Shown: piece by piece, positions 31,646 through 38,755 of the stretch
How the letters are laid out: every line of letters begins with the position of its first letter
Position numbering within the stretch: the stretch's first letter is position 1
Assembly: GCF_000181795.1 (NCBI RefSeq)
Contig: NW_003526945.1
Span: 915,645 to 954,399, forward strand
Direction: 5' to 3'
Length of the DNA stretch: 38,755 nucleotides
From: Trichinella spiralis
Taxonomy: Eukaryota
The notes under the pieces: generated by a model
Told to the model about the DNA's origin: nothing
Database searches by the model: none
What the model saw: the letters and a program-made list of their open reading frames with translations, nothing else
Translations under genes and position numbers: made by a program

Positions 31646-34600
31646 CTCATATTTAATACATTGTTTTCCTACATGTTACGGATTAATAACATTCTACTTA
31701 TAGAAGATAACCTCCTATTTATAAAAGGATTAAACTCGTTGCACCTTGTCTAAGCTGATTGTTTAATTCATTTATACCAAGTTTACTTTTGCCACTGCCT
31801 AATTAAAGGAGACCCCGATTAACATTTTCATAAGTAAAAAATTTATATTCATACAATAGCTAATTCACAAATAATTAATAAATAAAATTATGCCTATTTA
31901 ATGTTTACCATATTACATCCCTTTTAACTGTTTACATTACACTGTTTTAACGTAGAAATCTACTTTGACATTACATTCTTTAAAGTGAAAAACTGCTTTA
32001 TACTAAAAATATATTATTACCACTATAAAATTAATGAATAATTAAAACCTTTTATAAGATGAAATGTAAATGAAAAACTGATAAACTTTTCTACTTTAAA
32101 ACAGTGTAATGTAAACAAAAACTGAATTTGCCCAATTATTAGATGAATGAACATTATATTTCTTTTATCATTTAAGTTCCTAAATGGATAAATTAATGTA
32201 TAAAATGTTAACAAATTTAAACTATTTAGCATGATTATAAGGGGAGACTCTCGAAGAAGATGAATTTCAAAATGTTTGATGCCCTAAACTGATGAAAGGG
32301 TGCACGCCCAAATGAACTAGTGAAGGGTGNNNNNNNNNNGACAGGGTCATCTGATTAAAGCGGTCTCTGACAGCACGGGACTAGTAGACTCCGCGAGGGA
32401 AGTCCCGTTAACGGCAGGAGGGCGGGGGCGGCGCGGGGGCGGTCGGGCCTGAAAAAAAACCTTGCTTGAGATCCATTGCTGGGATCCGAGCAAGGCGGCA
32501 GGCCTCTGGTACCGCAACCGGGAGAGGAAGAGGTGAGCTTTGAAAATATGGACTTTGATCATTTGATACGGTTAGGGTCGCGTCGTGCAGTGTAACCCGT
32601 CGAACTCCTGCACACCACCCTATCTCACATTCCTCCTATCCTTGCACTGCTATTCTCAAACATTTACTTATTCTAATACTCAAACTATAGCAGTGCTAAA
32701 AACTCACTATGCTCAAAAATTGTCCTTTGAAATGATCGACAAATTCTGCGACCATTTCTCTTTCCGCAAATGAACCCTAAACTCAACTCAAAAGGCTTGG
32801 GACATGAAAACGTTCAAATGCGGAAAGCCACTCAAATTTATTAAAATAATGCTCATGATCTATGTCCAATTACTCTAATTAACAAACATCTGAATTAAAT
32901 GCTCGATAACTTACAGCTCGAATTTATATAAATTACAGACTCAAGAACTCCTCAGTGAAGTTTAACTAATTAGTCTAACTCAAAGAATTATACTTACCTA
33001 ACTTACCCTTGTCTTTGGGATGTCTTCTTTTATCTTCTATTCTTCTGTATCTAAATGTAGAAGAATTAATTCAATGAAATAATGTTATAATATATAAAAA
33101 ACAAAGCCGTTTTCATTGTTCTTCATCGTCCATCATCGCATTGAAAACGCCATTGTTCATTCGCCGCATATCGTTCGCCTACAATCATTTGAAATGAGTT
33201 TCTAGAGCAACTAATAGTAGCCACAGGAAAATTTACATAAAGTTCATTTCCATTAATTAACATGTATGAAACGTATTTCATTTCGTTGAATAAACATTAT
33301 TCAGGCCACGCTTAAGCTCAAAAGCAAACAAATTGAAATGCAAATTCAAATTGAAACTGCACCACGCCTTTGTTTGAATAGATAAGATTCTTCTATATCT
33401 AAGAACACACCTTACTCAGTATTTAAAGGAGAAATAGATCGAGCAAATATCATTCTAGGATTCTGTTGGTCAACAAAGTCAATTTAACTGACGTACTGCT
33501 AATATGAAGTTAATTTTCAAACCGCCCAATTTGCATAAAAGACAGACACTGCGCACATAGCGGTAAACGCTGGCTTACGTAAGTTGAATATGCTATTCCA
33601 GTATGAATTAGAACATAATGTCAACAAAAAATAAACTATGCTCGAGTACACTGGTTGCGCCCTCTGACACGCAAAAGTAGCTAGATAAAAATGTTGATTT
33701 ATCTAATGTCTTCATGATGCAAAATTTAGAAAACAATATAAAGTGATAATAAAATGAAATAATTTCTGTATAAAAACCGTATTTTTCTGTGTTGCATAAT
33801 AGATAGCACTATGCTCTTTCTGATATTCTATCTGTACAGCAGAGTATGAAATTGAATGCTATAAGCAAGTGCAAATTGAATAATGTATTGCCTCCTAGAG
33901 TTAAATCTGGGCAATCATTGAAAATAGCTAATTGAAGTATGGATTTTTTCAAAAACGTTAACTTTCAACTGTATGTAATTGAGAATTCAGTTTGAAAAGT
34001 ATTTTCAGCTTTACGAATCTTCAAATTGAAAAATGCTGATAGACCTAAATATACATGAATTCATAGCAAAACATCTGGAACATAGGGTTCAATATTAAAT
34101 GTTTACCTGAATTCAGATTCATGCACTTGCACTTTGGTTACACACCGCCACCATTAATCGAACATTATTGAAATGAAATAATAACTATGGATACAATGTT
34201 TGCTTTCCTCTCGTTTATGTATTACTTGTTAACCTTATTATCAGTAATTTGGCAATTTTCATGATGTATATTACTGTACTTTCAATTATCTTTCTGTGGT
34301 TTTATTTTTGAAATATAATTCAACTTAATATTAAAAGAATATTTTACTTTTCTTCATTGGAGTTGGAATTACGTCATTAATGTGAAATGAATCATGTATG
34401 CATTTCACTAACACCTTTGAAGCTGTAGTGCTGCCAAACAGGCTATCATCAGCTAGATTAACCCCAACAGATTTTCATGTACTTTTCATTTATTATTTTG
34501 TGATTCATGTTTGAATTCCAGATATATTTTAATGTCGTTTGTGATTTTTGCCTCTTTGGCTTGTTTCCGCACAACGAGACGTCTGATGATTTTCTGCCAA

Positions 34601-35034
34601 GCTGCAAACTGATACTGAGAACCCCTTCCCCACCTTCCTCTCCTCGAACCTCCATTTCAGCTCCCAACATTGTCAGCAACCCAACTCCCTTACTATATTC
34701 TCCCTTATACCCTCGGTCACTCGATATTTTATAAAACTGCTGCAGGAATTGTTGCACTTAGCTGCTTTAATTGATTTACTGATCCTTACGTAAATGGCAC
34801 TGTCATAAACATCTGAATGTGTTTCAAGTTGCATGATCAGTAGTATTTGATGATGTTGAGAACGCCACAAAATAGTGCCGTTTTAAATTTAAACAAACCT
34901 GGATTCTCAATCACGTGATATAATAACTTTCAAATTAATAATTTTAATTGCATTACAAACGAATGATACGTTTCACTTTTATTTGAAACTGAACTTTTCT
35001 ATTGCCAGCCCAATATCAATGCCAAAGCCAGAAT

Positions 35035-35110
35035 GAACGTACACAATATTGCAAGTCCGTTCAGACGTTCTTCTGTCATGGTCCGGTAGTCAGGAAATAG
35101 TTTCTTAGAC
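35035..35110 (-). mobile_element. hAT-superfamily DNA transposase relic (C-terminal dimerisation-domain fragment)
   Basis: Minus-strand peptide YRTMTEERLNGLAIL matches the typical hAT C-terminal motif LRxTMxxxRLxxLAxL. No intact ORF or TIRs were identified. Confidence 0.7.
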
Positions 35111-35344
35111 ATTTCACTGCAGTAAATCTTCGTACTGCTCTGCATGAGGTGATTGAGCGAGCTACAGATTGGCAACTTTCCTACATATAAAGATAAGCGC
35201 AATGCGCTAACGTCAGAGGCAATTTAAATCAAAATTACTGGGCAGCGTGCATTGCAAATATCCATAACTGTGTCAGTTATTAATGTCAACAACTACTACT
35301 CACAAAAAGATGAAATTTCTAAAAAATATATGAGAAATACGCAT

Positions 35345-35713
35345 AAGCATACGTTTTGAGACAGCAATGAATGATTATATAACAGCAATAATTTCAAAAA
35401 TTCAATTTAATTGATCGTAAAAACACGATAAATGAGGAGAATTGTAAAGGGTTCGTTGCCAGAAAAATTTCATGTGCAGAAATTGGAAATGTTTACTTCC
35501 GTTGAAAGAGAGTTACTGATTTAGGAATATCCAAAGTATTTAAATAGGCAGTAGGCAAATTTAGAGCCCATTTCTTCAACAAAACTTTCTTTGATCAACA
35601 TGACTCTATAACAATCAAAAATAGTCCAAACTTGCAAAACAGAATTTTCACAGATTTTCGCTAAAACAACCAAGTCTATAGCCCATGAAATTATGGAACT
35701 TTCAAGAAAAATG
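35345..35713 (+). pseudogene. Decayed coding-like segment, copy A of a diverged local duplication
   Basis: Aligns by eye with 37368-37765. The plus frame reads PEKFHVQKLEMFTSVERELLI*EYPKYLNRQ*ANLEPIS...FSQIFAKTTKSIAHEIMELSRK, with internal stops. Confidence 0.5.
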
Positions 35714-36154
35714 TTTTTCGCCAAAAATTAAGACGATTTATATAAGTAGAGAATTATTCGCTAACTATAATAAACTTACTCGTACCGTAACTGTTTGCGT
35801 ACGTGTTGAAATATAACAAAAAAGTAAAAGTTCTATTAGAATTTTTATGAAATCCAAATAAAACGGAATAAAAAATAGAAGGAAAATAAATGTGCATATC
35901 GCATTCATTTTTACCACGAAGTCATGAACGTCTTTACATCAAAAAAAATTTATTTTAATAGGAATTGTTCCTGATTTTCATTAAAGCAACAGGAAGTTTC
36001 AAAATTAAAATTCTTTGTTCACTGAATATTTTTGATTTATTACAATTCAGAGATACGAATTATCCAAAATTATCACATCAAAAAGCTATTTTCGTGCAAT
36101 ATGTCAGTCTTTTCATTCTATAAATTGCAAATGCTCACACAGGCAACTTCATCA

Positions 36155-37245
36155 AATTTCTCAACAAATCATTAATTGCGGTTTATGGAAAATTTACATA
36201 CCTTTAATTGTCACAACATTGAAGGCAATAATCATAAAATTGTTTCACAATGTGTCGTAGATTCTGAAAAGCATGGATTAACTTTCACCGTACAAACTGG
36301 TGGATACCACTGAAGATTCGAATAAATGCTATCCATGAGACCAATCGGTTGAAATGAAGTGTGAATTTATATAATTTCAAGACATTTGTAATGAAGGTTT
36401 ACTCTGGGCGACTACCCATTATACTAATTATGCAAATCACCATTGCATCGTTGCTACTTAGCGNNNNNNNNNNNNNNNNNNNNNNNNNNNNNNNNNNNNN
36501 NNNNNNNNNNNNNNNNNNNNNNNNNNNNNNNNNNNNNNNNNNNNNNNNNNNNNNNNNNNNNNNNNNNNNNNNNNNNNNNNNNNNNNNNNNNNNNNNNNNN
36601 NNNNNNNNNNNNNNNNNNNNNNNNNNNNNNNNNNNNNNNNNNNNNNNNNNNNNNNNNNNNNNNNNNNNNNNNNNNNNNNNNNNNNNNNNNNNNNNNNNNN
36701 NNNNNNNNNNNNNNNNNNNNNNNNNNNNNNNNNNNNNNNNNNNNNNNNNNNNNNNNNNNNNNNNNNNNNNNNNNNNNNNNNNNNNNNNNNNNNNNNNNNN
36801 NNNNNNNNNNNNNNNNNNNNNNNNNNNNNNNNNNNNNNNNNNNNNNNNNNNNNNNNNNNNNNNNNNNNNNNNNNNNNNNNNNNNNNNNNNNNNNNNNNNN
36901 NNNNNNNNNNNNNNNNNNNNNNNNNNNNNNNNNAATTTCTCAACAAATCATTAAGTGGCGGTTTATTGGAAAATTATCATACGTTTAATTGTCCCAACAT
37001 TGAAGGCAATTAATCATAAAATTGTTTCACAATGTGTCGTAGATTCTGAAAAGCATGGATTAACTTTCACCGTACAAACTGGCGGATACCACTGAAGATT
37101 CGAATAAATGCTATCCATGAGACCAATCGGTTGAAAATGAAGTGTGAATTTATATAATTTCAAGACATTTGTAATGAAGGTTTACTCTGGGCGACTACAC
37201 ATTATACTAATTATGCAAATCACCATTGCATCGTTGCTACTTAGC
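36155..37245. repeat. Near-identical ~310-bp direct duplication flanking an N gap (probable unmerged contig overlap)
   Basis: 36155-36463 matches 36934-37245. The first copy ends exactly at the gap and the second starts exactly at it; mismatches cluster at the start of the second copy. Confidence 0.85.
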
Positions 37246-37367
37246 GAAAGTAAATTCAAATAGCCACACACTTGGTATTAATCAGAAGTTTAATAGATGA
37301 AAAAGATTGTAAACGGGACCGCATTCCATGAAATGTTTGCATTCAGCAAAGTGAACACTTATATATA

Positions 37368-37765
37368 ACATACGTTTTCATCCGCAGCAATTAATAATTA
37401 TTTAACAGTAATAATTTCAGAAATACAATTTAATTGATAGTAAAAAATGATAAATTAGTAGAATTGGAAAAACTTTGACAGCAGAAATTCTTCATGTACA
37501 GAAACTAGAAGTCTCGTCTCCCGTTGGAAGAGAATTACAAATGGGCGAATGCCCCATGTAATAATATAGTCAGCAGACAAATTTAGAGCCAATTTATTCC
37601 ACAAGTATTGCTTAGGCTCAGTTGAAACTCTAGAAAACTCTTATATTCATCAATAGAAAACTATAACAACTAAAAACAGTAAACAATTCTAAAAACAAAT
37701 TTTTCGCTGATTTACGCAAAAGCAACAAAGTCTATAACACATGAAATGTTGCAATTTTCAAAAAC
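37368..37765 (+). pseudogene. Decayed coding-like segment, copy B of a diverged local duplication
   Basis: The plus frame reads AEILHVQKLEVSSPVGRELQMGECPM**YSQQTNLEPIYST...FSLIYAKATKSITHEMLQFSK, homologous to copy A. Confidence 0.5.
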
Positions 37766-38755
37766 TGGACTGAAAGTGAAGGAAAAATCGACTTGCCCAA
37801 AACAACGAAATATTGCACAATGCTTTGCAGTTTCAACGAATACCTCATTATAATGCCGAAAAACATTCCTATACCAAAATTCAACCATCGTCGATCCGTT
37901 TCAACGGAGTTCCAGATGGGCTGCTACCCTGTGTATTAAGATAGGCACATGGCAACTTTAGAGGCTATTTTATTCGACACGTACGTGTTTGTTTGCGTGC
38001 ACTTTCCAGACCTTTTAATTTTCCATAATTTAGCATATATAACAAAAAAAGCAAATTTGTGACAGTGGCCTACTTCGAAAATCGGCAAAAANNNNNNNNN
38101 NNNNNNNNNNNNNNNNNNNNNNNNNNNNNNNNNNNNNNNNNNNNNNNNNNNNNNNNTTTTTTGGAAAGTTCGAAAAATTTTTAAGTTGCTGAGAAAAATG
38201 ATTTCAATGGATCAGAAAAAAATAAATTAATCGCTACGAACCTTGGTCGCACGTTTCATGAAAGCGTATTTGCCGAGATATTGAAAAAAACGTTGCGTGA
38301 TTATGCGATTTTAGTAGAAGTAACAGAAAGAGAAAAAAAACACGATTGCTAGATAATACGAAAGATTATTCAATTCTATGCGTATTTATACAGAAATTAC
38401 AACTTATATCCTNCCAGGTCAATGCTTCGTGATCGTAAATGGGATTTGTACCNTGAAATGCATTTTTGTAATACAGTAATCTTCAAATGTGAAAAAAAAT
38501 TTTATTTTACGCAACTTTTATTTGATTGCAAACGATAATAGCAAATAAAGAATTCAATTTAAATGAACATAATGAATTCACTACTTTTTTCATTTAATAT
38601 ATTGCATTATTTTCCTCCTCAAAACAATGATACGTTTCAACAAACATAGCTAATTCTTGTCAAATATCTCTTATTAATATAAATTCAATGATAAATAACT
38701 CAAAGTATCTGTAATTNAATAATTGAACAACTATTGTATTCCATATATGGAAGAA

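Noticed and set aside
32281..32329. Hammerhead ribozyme (CTGATGA followed by a GGGT-GCAC-GCCC stem)
   Set aside because: No GAAA directly after stem II and no stem III or cleavage triplet; the sequence is also cut by a gap.
29313..36988. Long ORFs of 160-260 aa in the ORF track
   Set aside because: They consist mainly of X from N gaps.
36155..37245. Apparent LTR pair or direct repeat around a gap
   Set aside because: The copies abut the N run exactly, and mismatches cluster at the contig start. This is the signature of an unmerged overlap rather than a real duplication.

Overview
AT-rich eukaryotic genomic DNA with short GT-AG introns and TTTCAG/TTTTAG acceptors. It is most consistent with a nematode draft assembly, Trichinella-like (inference only). 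Manual splicing supports four intron-containing genes. (1) The 5' half of a KCNQ1/Kv7-type K+ channel on the minus strand, running off the left edge; its S4 segment lacks two canonical gating arginines. (2) A small signal-peptide, six-cysteine protein (minus, ~3.6-4.9 kb) that the ORF track does not show as one unit. (3) A complete KANK/VAB-19 gene (plus, ~13.7-20.8 kb). (4) A convergent gene (minus, ~21.2-25.0 kb) encoding an R3-type receptor-PTP-like FN3 ectodomain with no phosphatase domain. The right third (~27-38.7 kb) is gene-poor and gapped, with short tandem repeats, a hAT transposase relic, decayed duplicated coding-like sequence and a probable assembly overlap. No rRNA, tRNA or CRISPR was seen. 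All exon boundaries are read by eye and need RNA-seq confirmation.
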